From NCBI GenBank assembly GCA_963641445.1, contig CAVIBR010000007.1, positions 2,525-66,524 of the forward strand: DNA of 64,000 bases. The letters run 5' to 3'. This stretch comes from Bacteroides uniformis. Lineage in GTDB: Bacteria; Bacillota_I; Bacilli_A; RFN20; CAG-826. The notes beneath the pieces were generated by a model that searched no databases, had not been told where the DNA came from, and saw only the letters and a list, made by a program, of their open reading frames with translations. The stretch's first letter is position 1. Each line of letters opens with the position of its first letter. Both the position numbers and the translations under genes were made by a program. Below are positions 52,972 through 63,595 of this stretch, in pieces.

Positions 52972-53163
52972 CGGTCCGATAACTTTTTTCAAAGAATGGT
53001 TAAATTTATCACGGTCTATCATGATTATGTTACCGCACCCAAGGCACTTGATTTTGATGTCAGCCCCCAAACGGACTATCTGGAATCGTTTAGAATGAGT
53101 GCTACATGGATGAGGCTTTTTCATTTCAACTTCATCAAAGAGACTATATTCAGTTATTACCAT
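52954..53163 (-). CDS. DUF951-family small zinc-ribbon-like protein
   Basis: MKKPHPCSTHSKRFQIVRLGADIKIKCLGCGNIIMIDRDKF matches the DUF951 (YyzM-like) pattern. Confidence 0.7.
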   Translation of the reverse strand: MVITEYSLFDEVEMKKPHPCSTHSKRFQIVRLGADIKIKCLGCGNIIMIDRDKFNHSLKKVIGPMPNKQ

Positions 53164-54773
53164 GGCTCTTTCTCCATCTTGATAGCGGCTGGCTCCTTAG
53201 GAAGACCAGGCATCGTCATTATTGATCCAGTAAGCGGAATAACGAAATTTGCTCCGCTAGAAAGATTCACTTCACGAATATGGATGACGTGATCTTTTGG
53301 CGCATTAAGCAATTTAGGATTATCGCTCAAAGAATTTGGGGTTTTTGCCATGCAAATATACGCATCTGAATATCCCATTTCTTCATATTTCGTTAATTGC
53401 TCTTCTGCTTTAGGGGAGTATTCAACGCTTTTTGCTCGATAAATTTCTTTGCAAATTGTCTCTATTTTCTCTTTTAGAGGCATTTCTTTTTTGTAGAGTG
53501 GATGATAATTAGATTCGTTTTTCTCAAGAGTGTTCTTTACCTTATTCGCTAAATCTATAGCGCCATCGCCGCCTTTTTCGTAGGCATCGACAAATGAATA
53601 GACATAGCCTTTGCCCTTGCAATATTCTTCTAAGGCTTCAATTTCTTTTTGAGAATCTGATTCAAAATGATTGATGGCAATTATAAAAGGAAGACCAAAT
53701 TTTTGGATGTTTTCAGCATGAACGCCTAGATTTTCGAAACCTATTTTCAATGCTTCAACGTTTTCTTTTTCTAAATCGTTAAATGCTACCCCTCCATGCA
53801 TTTTTAAAGCTCTGATTGTAGCAACTAACACTACTGCATCAGCATGCATTTTTCCTTCTTGGCAAGCGATATCAAGGAATTTTTCCGCACCTAAATCAGC
53901 GGCAAAACCGGCCTCTGTTATAACAATCGGCGCCATTTTCAAGGCTAAACGAGTTGCAATTAAAGAATTGCAGCCATGAGCGATATTCGCAAAAGGACCA
54001 CCGTGGACAAAGCATGGTTCACCTTCAATCGTCTGAACAAGATTTGGCTTAAGCGCTTCTTTCATTAAACGCATTACGGCATGAGAACAGTTTAAATCCT
54101 TAACTGTAACAGGTTTATCATCCATATCATATGCGACAATTATTTTTAAAAGTCTTTGATGAAAATCGAATTCATCTTTTGCTAAGCACATTATTGCCAT
54201 CATTTCTGAAGCGACTGTGATTAAGAATGAATCGTTTCTTCTTGTTCCGTCTTTCTCACCGTTTGCAACAACAATATTTCTTAAGGCCCTATCATTCATA
54301 TCCATCGCTCTTTTCCAAACGATTTTATCTGGATTAATATTAAGATGATTTCCCTGGAAAATAGAATTATCAATTATTGCTGAAATTAGATTGATTGAGG
54401 AAGTTAAGGCATGCATATCCCCAGTGAAATGAAGATTGATATCTTCTGAAGGGCCAATTGAGGCCTTTCCTCCACCGGTAGCTCCTCCTTTAATGCCAAA
54501 AACAGGGCCTAAAGCTGGTTCTCTAAGACAAAGCATAGAAGGTTGAAGTATTTTTCCGAAGCCTTCTTGCAAAGCGATAGACATTGTTGTTTTTCCTTCG
54601 CCTGCTTTTGTTGGAGTTATAGCGGTTACTAAAACAAGCTTACCATTCTCTTTGTTTTTGATTTCATCATAATAAGCAGTGTCGATTTTCGCTTTATAAA
54701 AGCCATATGGCTCGACATATTTTTCAGGAATTGATACGTTTTTAGCTATTTCGCTAATTTTCAAAAGAGACAT
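53157..54773 (-). CDS. fhs: formate--tetrahydrofolate ligase
   Basis: 538 aa. TPTKAGEGKTT P-loop, ...GPVFGIKGGATGGG. Confidence 0.9.
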   Translation of the reverse strand: MSLLKISEIAKNVSIPEKYVEPYGFYKAKIDTAYYDEIKNKENGKLVLVTAITPTKAGEGKTTMSIALQEGFGKILQPSMLCLREPALGPVFGIKGGATGGGKASIGPSEDINLHFTGDMHALTSSINLISAIIDNSIFQGNHLNINPDKIVWKRAMDMNDRALRNIVVANGEKDGTRRNDSFLITVASEMMAIMCLAKDEFDFHQRLLKIIVAYDMDDKPVTVKDLNCSHAVMRLMKEALKPNLVQTIEGEPCFVHGGPFANIAHGCNSLIATRLALKMAPIVITEAGFAADLGAEKFLDIACQEGKMHADAVVLVATIRALKMHGGVAFNDLEKENVEALKIGFENLGVHAENIQKFGLPFIIAINHFESDSQKEIEALEEYCKGKGYVYSFVDAYEKGGDGAIDLANKVKNTLEKNESNYHPLYKKEMPLKEKIETICKEIYRAKSVEYSPKAEEQLTKYEEMGYSDAYICMAKTPNSLSDNPKLLNAPKDHVIHIREVNLSSGANFVIPLTGSIMTMPGLPKEPAAIKMEKEPW

Positions 54774-54824
54774 AATGGTAACCCCCTATTTTCTTCATCT
54801 ATTTAAAGATAGAACTTATTTCTA

Positions 54825-55712
54825 TTAAATTAAAGAGTAATCAGATAGATAAGATAGAATTTCTTCTTCGTTTTTGATTTCTTTTGTCGGAAATTGATGA
54901 CGAAAAAATGTCTCTTGTCTTTTCACGTAATGACGAGTGTCCGTTTTGATTTGTTCAATCGTTTCTTCAAGAGTCTTTTCTTTATGAATATAAGGAATTA
55001 GCTCCTTTACTCCAATTGCCTGGAAAGCAGGCTTATCCTCTCCATATTTGCTAATCAAAGGTAACGTTTCATTTAATAAGCCTTTTTCAAACATCTTATC
55101 TACTCTTTTATTAATTAAATCGTAAAGAGTCTCCCTATCCTTGCTTAAAGCAAAGAAGAGGGCGTTTTCGTATATTGGCTCATGGTTTTGTTTAGCAAGA
55201 AGGGATGTTTTACTTTCGTTAGCCGCTAAGCATATTGCAATATCCCTTAAAACTCTTCGACGGTTCTGCAAAGGTATTTTCTTAGCCTCATCAGGATCTA
55301 ATTTTTCTAAAATCCCATGCAAATCTTCATTGCTTTTCTTTTCATATTCGCTCATATCGACAATTGAGGTATCGATTGATAGATCATAATCATATAAGGC
55401 AGAGCGGATATATAAGCCACTTCCACCGACGATAAGTGGAATTTTCTTTCTAGAAAGAATCTCTTCGATGCATCTTCTTGCATCTATTTGATAACGAGAA
55501 ATGTCATATCCCTCATTTAAAGGGATGAAATCATATAAATGGTGAGAAACTTCTTTCTTTTCTTCTTCGCTTGGAGCGGCGGTTGCAATCTTTAGTTCTT
55601 TATAAGCCTGAAAGGCATCCGCGTTAACGATTTCGCCATTAATCTTCTTGGCTAAAGAAATAGCTAAAGCGGATTTCCCCACTCCTGTTGGACCAGTTAG
55701 AGCAATAATCAT
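54825..55712 (-). CDS. miaA: tRNA dimethylallyltransferase
   Basis: IIALTGPTGVGKSALAI, ...PLIVGGSGLYIRS. Confidence 0.9.
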   Translation of the reverse strand: MIIALTGPTGVGKSALAISLAKKINGEIVNADAFQAYKELKIATAAPSEEEKKEVSHHLYDFIPLNEGYDISRYQIDARRCIEEILSRKKIPLIVGGSGLYIRSALYDYDLSIDTSIVDMSEYEKKSNEDLHGILEKLDPDEAKKIPLQNRRRVLRDIAICLAANESKTSLLAKQNHEPIYENALFFALSKDRETLYDLINKRVDKMFEKGLLNETLPLISKYGEDKPAFQAIGVKELIPYIHKEKTLEETIEQIKTDTRHYVKRQETFFRHQFPTKEIKNEEEILSYLSDYSLI

Positions 55713-57445
55713 CTAAGAGTTTCCCTAACGATTAATAATTCACCTTCGATAAGATCTTTCATATTGTCATGATTGTTTAATAGAGGGTGATTTTTTATTT
55801 TCGTGAGTGTTTCTTGATATTCATTTTTAAAGGAAAGATATTTTTCTCTGTCATTCATCGAAACGGCCATTCCTTTTTTGCTTTCAACGAGTTTTTCTGC
55901 TAATTCCTTGATTTCAGGATCATTTTTTATCGTTTTATCAAGAGATAAATATTCTTTCATTAATGGTGAACATGATAAAAGGAAGGCGACGTCTTTTGCT
56001 TTAGCAACAAGAGGATCTTCAACCATTTCTCCTGAAAGAGAATAAACGTGTGACTCTTTAACTTTAACATCAACAAAGCAACCACTTAAGTATTTAGGGC
56101 CAGGGAAGTTAATCAATTTACCATTTGGCGCATAGCCAGAAAGAACATTTTCATTCTTCTTTGATGGACCATCGACTAATACCGTATATGTCTTTCCAAT
56201 ACATTCATCTGAAGATTTTGCAGTTAAATCATCGATAAGTTTCTTTAATCGATTAAATCTTTCATGTGATACCTCTGGTGGGATTTGCTCCCATGATGCA
56301 GCCGGAGTCCCAGGGCGTGGAGAATAGATGAAAGTATATGCGCTAGAATATCCAGCTTCTTCACAAATAGATAAAGTTTCTTGGAAATCTTCTTCCGTTT
56401 CATATGGGAAGCCAACGATGATATCCGTTGTTAAAGCCATATCAGGAATTCTTGCCTTGATTTTTCTAACAACAGTTAAATAGTCTTCTCTTGTATATCT
56501 TCTTCCCATCTTTCCTAAAACATGGGACGAACCGGATTGAACAGGGAAATGTAACCAATGATCAACATTAGGGTAAGTTGCCATTATCTCAATCGTTTCA
56601 TCGGTGAATTGGGATGGATAGGATGTTAAGAATCTAAGATGAGGAATTCCAGTTTCTGCGACTGCTTTAAGAAGTTTTGCAAAAGTCGTTCCGTCTTTAA
56701 AATCCAATCCATACGAATTAACGTTTTGGCCTAGTAATGTTATTTGCTTGTAGCCTTTTTCAACTAATTCCTTACATTCTTTAACGATGTCTTCCATCTT
56801 TCTAGAACGTTCTCTTCCTCTTGTATAAGGAACGATGCAATATGTACAAAACTTATCGCATCCATAAGAGATATTAACGAAAGCCTTAGCAGAATCTAAA
56901 CGAACTGAAGGCATGTTCTCAACTACTTCTGAAGCAAACGATCTTACAGAGACTATTGATGCTTTCTTCTCTAAGGAAGAAGTCAGTAAAGAATTAAGAT
57001 TTGAAATATCATGGGTGCCAATAACAAGCGTAATCCATGGATAGGTTTTCATTAGATTCTGTGCGACATCGTTTTCATCCATGACACATCCGGCAAGAAC
57101 AAGCATGAAATCCTTGTCATTATCTTTGTTTTGCTTGAATGTCCCTATTTCGCCATAAACCTTATCTTCGGCATTTTCTCTGACCGCGCAAGTGTTAATA
57201 ATGGCGATATTGGCTTTTCTTGGATCAGTCGTTCTTTTAAATCCTGCGTCAGAAAGATATCCAGCCATAATTTCTTCATCACGAATATTAGCTTGGCAAC
57301 CATATGTTCTGATATAGAAAAAACGATCTTTTGCGAAATTTTTCAAAATTTCAGGAATCTCGTTTTTAGAGATGCTGCGTTCTACTTCTGGACGTTTTGC
57401 CGCATCTTTTTGTGAGGCGACATTTTCATAAATCACTTTTTTCAT
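55709..57445 (-). CDS. miaB: MiaB-type radical-SAM methylthiotransferase with ~120-aa C-terminal YmcA/YlbF-like extension
   Basis: FYIRTYGCQAN, radical-SAM CDKFCTYCIVPYTRG, a TRAM-like region, then ...AKAKDVAFLLSCSPLMKEYL...KNHPLLNNHDNMKDLIEGELL. Confidence 0.85.
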   Translation of the reverse strand: MKKVIYENVASQKDAAKRPEVERSISKNEIPEILKNFAKDRFFYIRTYGCQANIRDEEIMAGYLSDAGFKRTTDPRKANIAIINTCAVRENAEDKVYGEIGTFKQNKDNDKDFMLVLAGCVMDENDVAQNLMKTYPWITLVIGTHDISNLNSLLTSSLEKKASIVSVRSFASEVVENMPSVRLDSAKAFVNISYGCDKFCTYCIVPYTRGRERSRKMEDIVKECKELVEKGYKQITLLGQNVNSYGLDFKDGTTFAKLLKAVAETGIPHLRFLTSYPSQFTDETIEIMATYPNVDHWLHFPVQSGSSHVLGKMGRRYTREDYLTVVRKIKARIPDMALTTDIIVGFPYETEEDFQETLSICEEAGYSSAYTFIYSPRPGTPAASWEQIPPEVSHERFNRLKKLIDDLTAKSSDECIGKTYTVLVDGPSKKNENVLSGYAPNGKLINFPGPKYLSGCFVDVKVKESHVYSLSGEMVEDPLVAKAKDVAFLLSCSPLMKEYLSLDKTIKNDPEIKELAEKLVESKKGMAVSMNDREKYLSFKNEYQETLTKIKNHPLLNNHDNMKDLIEGELLIVRETLR

Positions 57446-57451
57446 GGTTTT

Positions 57452-58237
57452 CTATCCTTCTACAATCTGATTAATTGGGAATATTTTTGTGGCAAGGAAT
57501 GTTTCCTCATCTACTTCAATTATACAGCCATTAATCATCATTTTGGCGTTTTCGTCAATTTGGAAAGTGCTTTTTTTCCCATAAATTATTTTTTCCATTA
57601 CGGAGGTTTTCTCAAAACCTATAACTCCGTTTGGATCACCGCACATGCCGGCATCCGCCATAAATGCCGTACCGTTTTCTAGGATTCTGCAATCATTTGT
57701 TTGAATGTGGGTATGAGTTCCAACAACTGCAGTCACTAATCCATCAAAGTTATAAGCGAATATTTGTTTTTCCGACGTTGATTCGCCATGGATATCAATA
57801 AAATGGATACAAGGCTCAGGGTTATCTAAAAGAAGTTTGTTGAATGATTCAATTGGATTTTCCACTTGTTCAAGCATAAAACTTTGACAAAGGATGTTAG
57901 TAACTCGAACTGGCAAGCCATTAATGTCAAACAAAATACTCCCAAAGCCATGATCATAGCCAATAAGATTCAAAGGCCTAACCAAAGCATCCGCATCATC
58001 AATATATGAATCAATTTGCTTTTTTGAATGCCAATGATTTCCAAGAGTTATGCAATCGGCACCATCAGACAAAAATTCCTTATAATGTTTTTCGATTATG
58101 CCTTTACCATGCGTGGCGTTTTCGCCGTTGATAATTGCAAAATCAACATCGTATTTATTGATAAGCCTAGGCAAAGAAAGATGGACCGCATTGCGACCCA
58201 CCTTGCCAACTACATCTCCTAAAAAGAGGATGCGCAT
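57452..58237 (-). CDS. ymdB: YmdB-family metallophosphoesterase (2',3'-cyclic-nucleotide phosphodiesterase)
   Basis: MRILFLGDVVGKVGR, ...INGENATHGKG, ...DIHGESTSEK. ATG at 58237. Confidence 0.85.
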   Translation of the reverse strand: MRILFLGDVVGKVGRNAVHLSLPRLINKYDVDFAIINGENATHGKGIIEKHYKEFLSDGADCITLGNHWHSKKQIDSYIDDADALVRPLNLIGYDHGFGSILFDINGLPVRVTNILCQSFMLEQVENPIESFNKLLLDNPEPCIHFIDIHGESTSEKQIFAYNFDGLVTAVVGTHTHIQTNDCRILENGTAFMADAGMCGDPNGVIGFEKTSVMEKIIYGKKSTFQIDENAKMMINGCIIEVDEETFLATKIFPINQIVEG

Positions 58238-58238
58238 C

Positions 58239-59825
58239 TTATTTTGCTGTCTCCACAGCTCTATATTCACGAATGACTGAAACCTTGATTGTGCCAGGGT
58301 AGGTCATCGTGCTTTCGATCTTATCACGCATTTGTTGTGCCATTTTTATAGCTTCGGCATCGCTTACCTTCTCAGGGATAACCATGACGCGAATTTCTCT
58401 TCCGGCTTGGACGGCATAAGCTTGTTGAACGCCATCGAATTCCTTAGCGATATCTTCTAATTGAGTAATACGTTTTGTATATGTCTCAAGGGTTTCGGAT
58501 CTTGCGCCAGGTCTAGCGGCTGATAAGGTATCACCAGCAATGACTAAGTGAGCGATAACGCTCTTGCACGGGACATCTCCATGGTGAGCTTCGATAGCAT
58601 TTACAACGACATCGTTTTCACCAAATTTACGGGCTAAGGAAGCGCCAAGTGAAGCGTGGGTCCCTTCTTGTTCGTAGTCTAAGGCTTTACCAATATCATG
58701 TAATAAGCCTGCACGACGAGCTAAATTTTGATCAAGGCCAAGTTCGGCAGCCATCATACCACAAAGATAGCCAACTTCAACAGAGTGATCAAGAACGTTT
58801 TGCCCATAGGAAGTGCGGTATTTTAATTTGCCTAAGATGGCTATCATTTCACGATTTACTTTGACAAGTCCTAAACGATTGACGGCATCTTGTCCCGCTT
58901 TGAAACAATCGTTTTCGACTTCGCTTTTGCATTTAGCTGCAACTTCTTCGATTCTTCCTGGTTGGATACGTCCATCCTTAACAAGAATTTCAAGAGTGCG
59001 TTTGGCGATTTCTCTACGAATTGGGTTGAAACAGGAAACAGTGATAACTTCTGGCGTATCATCAACTACTAAGTCAACACCTAAGGTTTGTTCTAATACA
59101 CGGATATTTCTTCCTTCACGGCCGATGATTCTTCCTTTTAATTCATCTGTTGGAAGAGAGATAACAGCAACTGAACGTTCAGTAACGACATCTTGTGCAT
59201 ATTTATCGCAAGCTAAGGCGAGGAGATCTCTTGCTTTTGCTTCGGCTGTATCATGGGCTTCATCTTCAGCATTCTTGATATATTGAGCGATTTCTACTTG
59301 CATCTTGCTTTCGACACGGCTCATTATTTCATCATGCGCTTCTTTGACAGACATTCCGGAAACTTTTTCAAGTTCAGCAAGGATGCCATCGATTTTTTCA
59401 TCTAAGTCTTTGCTCTTCTTGTCGTTTTCGGCAATCTTTTTGTTAAGAACATCATTCTTTTGCTCTAAAGCATTTTCTTTAGCGAGCAAAGCATTGTCTC
59501 TAGCGTCAATTGCATCTTCTCTAGCATCAAGTTTGGATTGTTGAACTTGTGCTTCTTGTTTCATTTGGCGAATTTCGTTTTGTGCTTGTTGTTTCATCTC
59601 AAATGTGGCTTGTTTAGCGTCAATTTGAGCATTTTTCGTAATACGCTCAGCCTTAACTTCAGCATCGCGAATAATTTGTTTGGATTCCTTTGTTGCGGTT
59701 GCAACCTTTCCTTTTCCAGTTAAATGCATAAACAAGAAAAGTAAGCCACTACCGATAGCTAAGGCTAAAACACCTACTATAAGTAGCCACCACCAAGGAA
59801 GAAATCCTCCTTCTAAAAATTTCAT
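58239..59825 (-). CDS. rny: ribonuclease Y
   Basis: N-terminal TM helix, coiled coil, KH domain (GRIIGREGRNIR) and HD domain (LLHDIGKA). Confidence 0.9.
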   Translation of the reverse strand: MKFLEGGFLPWWWLLIVGVLALAIGSGLLFLFMHLTGKGKVATATKESKQIIRDAEVKAERITKNAQIDAKQATFEMKQQAQNEIRQMKQEAQVQQSKLDAREDAIDARDNALLAKENALEQKNDVLNKKIAENDKKSKDLDEKIDGILAELEKVSGMSVKEAHDEIMSRVESKMQVEIAQYIKNAEDEAHDTAEAKARDLLALACDKYAQDVVTERSVAVISLPTDELKGRIIGREGRNIRVLEQTLGVDLVVDDTPEVITVSCFNPIRREIAKRTLEILVKDGRIQPGRIEEVAAKCKSEVENDCFKAGQDAVNRLGLVKVNREMIAILGKLKYRTSYGQNVLDHSVEVGYLCGMMAAELGLDQNLARRAGLLHDIGKALDYEQEGTHASLGASLARKFGENDVVVNAIEAHHGDVPCKSVIAHLVIAGDTLSAARPGARSETLETYTKRITQLEDIAKEFDGVQQAYAVQAGREIRVMVIPEKVSDAEAIKMAQQMRDKIESTMTYPGTIKVSVIREYRAVETAK

Positions 59826-60063
59826 ATTTCACTCCTTAAATACACGACTAAAAGGTAAATCTAGCCCATAGGAAACAGGTTAAAAACGGTTTTTAGAATA
59901 ATTTATTTGACGGGATGACCCGATAATAAAGCTCCCAAAATCTATGGGCAGTACATTTCAGTACATTGATATTATAAGTTTTATTGAAAAATAAAGAAGA
60001 AGAAATGTTTCAAAAATTAGATTTCATTGCAAAAGGCCGCTGAATTAGATAGAAAAAGAGAAA

Positions 60064-61116
60064 TTATTCCTCTTCTTCTGCATCAGTTGAAACGTTGCCA
60101 CCATTTTTAAATGCATCGCGGATTTTGGCATTAATTTCTTCGGCTTTTTCTGGGTTGTCACGGAAATATGCTTTTGCCGCTTCGCGTCCGTTGCCAATCT
60201 TTTCTCCATCGATATCGTACCAATTTCCTGTCTTCTGAATAAAGCCAAATTGAACGCCAAGATCGACAGTTTCGCCATCTTTAGAGATGCCTTGTCCGTA
60301 AATGATATCAAGTGAACAGGATTTGAAAGGCGGGGCAACCTTGTTTTTGACAACTTTAACGCGAACACTATTGCCAATGATATTGGTTCCAAGCTTAATT
60401 GCGTCTTGCCTTCTGATATCGAGTCTTACAGAAGCATAGAATTTTAATGCTCTACCACCAGTCGTGGTTTCTGGGTTGCCATACATTACGCCAACTTTTT
60501 CACGAAGTTGGTTGATAAAGATGATTAAACAGCTTGATTTGCTTAAAATACCAGCCAATTTTCTCATGGCTTTAGACATAAGACGAGCTTGTAAGCCGAC
60601 TTGGTTATCAGACATCACTCCATCAAGTTCTTGTTGTGGGACTAAGGCTGCGACAGAGTCAACAACGATAACGTCAATCGCATTAGATTCGGCAAGCATT
60701 TCAACGATTTCGAGAGCTTGTTCGCCAGAATCTGGTTGGGAAAGAATCAATTCGTTAATGTTAACGCCAAGTTTTTCGGCATATTCAGGATCAATAGCAT
60801 GTTCAGCATCGATATAAGCAGCTCTTCCGCCTTTTTTCTGAGATTCGGCAACAGCATGTAAGGCTAATGTCGTTTTACCAGAGGATTCAGGGCCGAAAAT
60901 TTCGATGATTCTTCCTTTTGGATAGCCACCAATGCCAATCGCTTGATCAAGTAAGAGAGAACCTGAAGGAATAACGTCTAAATCAACGTGGGGTTTTTCG
61001 CCCATTCTCATTACTGATCCTTTTCCATATGCTTTTTCGATTGAGCGCAAAGCGGCTTCTAGAGCTGCATCTTTGTCTTTTTCATTTATGGGTTGTTCAG
61101 TTTCTTTTTTTGCCAT
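60064..61116 (-). CDS. recA: recombinase A
   Basis: [16 protein letters not shown], ...[25 protein letters not shown] at 61116 has GGTGAGGAG upstream (the tracked start at 61134 is GTG). Confidence 0.95.
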   Translation of the reverse strand: MAKKETEQPINEKDKDAALEAALRSIEKAYGKGSVMRMGEKPHVDLDVIPSGSLLLDQAIGIGGYPKGRIIEIFGPESSGKTTLALHAVAESQKKGGRAAYIDAEHAIDPEYAEKLGVNINELILSQPDSGEQALEIVEMLAESNAIDVIVVDSVAALVPQQELDGVMSDNQVGLQARLMSKAMRKLAGILSKSSCLIIFINQLREKVGVMYGNPETTTGGRALKFYASVRLDIRRQDAIKLGTNIIGNSVRVKVVKNKVAPPFKSCSLDIIYGQGISKDGETVDLGVQFGFIQKTGNWYDIDGEKIGNGREAAKAYFRDNPEKAEEINAKIRDAFKNGGNVSTDAEEEE

Positions 61117-61170
61117 AATAAATATTCTCCTCACCTATTAATAGACGTACTTTTAGAAAAAATGCCATTT

Positions 61171-61650
61171 CTAGTCTTCAAAAATAGCAATTAATCGATC
61201 AAGCATCAAATCAACGCATGTTTCTCTGATCTCATTACGAGACATATGGAAATCTTGTTGCATTTCAATGATTCCATATTTCGTGGCGATACACATATGA
61301 ACTCTTCCAACAGGTGCTTCGCCTTCTTCTTTTGCTGGTCCGGCATTGCCAGTGAAAGAAACGCATACATCAACTTTTAGTGTTTTTCTTCCATTGATTG
61401 CCATTGAATCAGCAACTTCTTTTGAAACAACACCATATTTTTTTATTGTTAAAGCAGGAACGTTATCTAATTTTGTTTTTAAATCTGCGGCATATGTAAC
61501 AAGTCCGCCACGAAAAACTTCACTCGCTCCAGGAACGGAACAAAGGCTTGAGGAAAATAATCCACCAGTGAGCGATTCAACTGCCCCTAAGGTAAGTCCT
61601 TCTTTAGCAAAAGCCTTAATTACTTTTTCAGCTTTATTGAAGTCAATCAT
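61171..61650 (-). CDS. CinA C-terminal domain protein (PncC-type nicotinamide-nucleotide amidase)
   Basis: LGAVESLTGGLFSS...PGASEVFRGGLVTY. 159 aa. Lies between pgsA and recA, as in Bacillota. Confidence 0.8.
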   Translation of the reverse strand: MIDFNKAEKVIKAFAKEGLTLGAVESLTGGLFSSSLCSVPGASEVFRGGLVTYAADLKTKLDNVPALTIKKYGVVSKEVADSMAINGRKTLKVDVCVSFTGNAGPAKEEGEAPVGRVHMCIATKYGIIEMQQDFHMSRNEIRETCVDLMLDRLIAIFED

Positions 61651-62270
61651 TTTGCTTCCTCCTTAAAAACGGAAATATTTTGTGCTACATAGATGATTCC
61701 TGAAAGTAAGGACATAGCTGTAGCAAGATATATCAAAATGTTAGCAATTCTAAAATATGGATTCCAATTTAAATCGAAATATGAGAATGGCCAGCCATTT
61801 AATAAAACGACAGGAATTGCGATCATTTGGAAAATCGTCTTGAGTTTGCCAAAAATATTAGCCGCTAAAACAATTCCTTTGTTTGCTGCGACAAATCTCA
61901 AGGCATCGACAACCAAGTCTCTTGCAATCATGATAACAACCGCGAAAACAGGAATAGTCATGTTGCCGAAACGAGAAACTAATAGATAAATAAGAATTGA
62001 ATTAACAAGAAGTTTATCAGCGACTGGATCAAGGAATTTGCCCAAATCCGTTACTTGATGCCACTTTCTTGCTAAATAACCATCAAGGAAATCAGTGCAT
62101 GAAGCGATAACGAAAACGATCATGGCAATCAAATAGACGATATTAATCGAACCATTAGGCCCAAAACAAATTGGCGCATAATCAGGAATGAAGTCGAAAA
62201 CAAGCAAAAACGCTAAAAGAGCGACAACAAGAACGATTCTTGCAGTTGTAATTTTCGTAGGTATATTCAT
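61647..62270 (-). CDS. pgsA: CDP-diacylglycerol--glycerol-3-phosphate 3-phosphatidyltransferase
   Basis: DFLDGYLARKWHQVTDLGKFLDPVADK is the CDP-alcohol phosphatidyltransferase motif. Confidence 0.9.
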   Translation of the reverse strand: MNIPTKITTARIVLVVALLAFLLVFDFIPDYAPICFGPNGSINIVYLIAMIVFVIASCTDFLDGYLARKWHQVTDLGKFLDPVADKLLVNSILIYLLVSRFGNMTIPVFAVVIMIARDLVVDALRFVAANKGIVLAANIFGKLKTIFQMIAIPVVLLNGWPFSYFDLNWNPYFRIANILIYLATAMSLLSGIIYVAQNISVFKEEAK

Positions 62271-62290
62271 ATTATTTCCTTTCTTAGTGA

Positions 62291-62619
62291 GTATCCGGCC
62301 CGATAAGCCATGTTCTGTCGAGGGCGATAATTAATCTCAGGTTTCCCTGGAAGAGGCGGTTTCAGTTCACTTTCTCTTCTTCCCCTACCAAATTTGGGTT
62401 TCTCGCTTGTGGGGTTTACCAACGTTTCACCTTGTTATCGCTAACAAGCTCGTCTCTGTGGCACTTTATGGCTCCTTAACTACGGGAGTTAATTCGCCGC
62501 CGTCACGTACTCCTACGTGCCAAAGCTTATTTATTGGCTTTGCGCAATCACTACAGCCATCGCAGGCTGTGCGAGCATGGACTTTCCTCTAGTTTCCTAG
62601 CAATCGCCTGGACCGGATA
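62291..62619 (-). ncRNA. rnpB: RNase P RNA
   Basis: The minus strand reads ...GAGGAAAGTCCATGCTCGCAC... (P4 5' strand, as in Bacillus) and ...ACAGAACATGGCTTAT... near the 3' end. A GC-rich island with no ORF. Ends are approximate. Confidence 0.85.
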
Positions 62620-63027
62620 TTATTTGCGTAACTTGAGTGTTTTTGGATCATAACCTAATTGATAAAGGAAATTCTCCAATTCACGAAGACGCTTGATGTA
62701 AACGTAATTTTCTTTGCCTACATTATCATCAGAATTAAGGCCCTTCAGCCTATTCTTGTATGATGCGTTTTCTACTTCAAGTGCGCGAATGCGTTCTTTT
62801 AGTGCGGCAGTATTGTTTTTAGCATCACCACCTTGCAAACGTTTGATTTCGTTATTCAAAGACGCAACTTCAGCTTCATGGTTGGCAATTATATGTTTAA
62901 TTGCGACATAATCCTTGATCACGATATCTAAGAAAGCGTCCACTTCAGAGGCGTCATACCCCTTAATGTCTTTCTTAAATTTCTTGTTAAGGATATCTTT
63001 TTCGTTAAGTTTTAAATTGTCTTCCAT
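62620..63027 (-). CDS. gpsB: DivIVA-domain cell-division protein (GpsB-like)
   Basis: ILNKKFKKDIKGYDASEVDAFLDIVIKDY is a DivIVA N-terminal motif, followed by a coiled coil. rnpB is adjacent, as in B. subtilis. Confidence 0.75.
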   Translation of the reverse strand: MEDNLKLNEKDILNKKFKKDIKGYDASEVDAFLDIVIKDYVAIKHIIANHEAEVASLNNEIKRLQGGDAKNNTAALKERIRALEVENASYKNRLKGLNSDDNVGKENYVYIKRLRELENFLYQLGYDPKTLKLRK

Positions 63028-63199
63028 AAGCCATTCAATTATATTGAATAACCGATAAATATTAAAGTAATAAACGTTAAAAAAGAAAAACTCCTCACCA
63101 TTTTTCTTAACAATAATCGGTAAAGAGTTTTCTTGCCCTCCAACGAGGGGTTGTCATAATTGTTGGGTTCTTTAGTTCCTATATTCAAACGGCCTTAAA

Positions 63200-63421
63200 C
63201 TATTTGCAAAGTAAAAGGTGATTGAATAATAAGACCCAAAGTAAATCCAACCAACCGAAAACAGGGATGATTAAGCCAAAGATGACACCCAAAATGTTTT
63301 CTGTGGTAGGCTTCTCAAGAACGGCTGTAACACGGACGAAGATTTCAACGATCCAGTTAAGGCCTGGGATTAAGAGAAGAATAATTTGGATTAATCTCGA
63401 TTGTTTGTTAAACCAACTCAT
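63200..63421 (-). CDS. small two-TM membrane protein (73 aa)
   Basis: Two hydrophobic helices (LIQIILLLIPGLNWIVEIFV, ILGVIFGLIIPVFGWLDLLWVLLF). Confidence 0.55.
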   Translation of the reverse strand: MSWFNKQSRLIQIILLLIPGLNWIVEIFVRVTAVLEKPTTENILGVIFGLIIPVFGWLDLLWVLLFNHLLLCK

Positions 63422-63595
63422 TTTAATGACCTCCTATAACGGAACATAATTTATCACATCAGGCAATCGTTTTAAATTAGAAAATCAAGAAAATGACTGT
63501 CACTTTATCTAATTGCAAAATGAAGGGAATTTCTATCTTGTATCTTTTTGGACATTTAATAAGAAAGAATCGGCTTTTGTGGTAGAATAACGCAT

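Noticed and set aside
60045-60392. 115-aa minus-strand ORF overlapping the 3' part of recA; similar out-of-frame ORFs occur inside pgi, argS, rny, ychF and the ABC genes
   Set aside because: They lie entirely within well-supported conserved genes in another frame and have AT-rich low-complexity translations.
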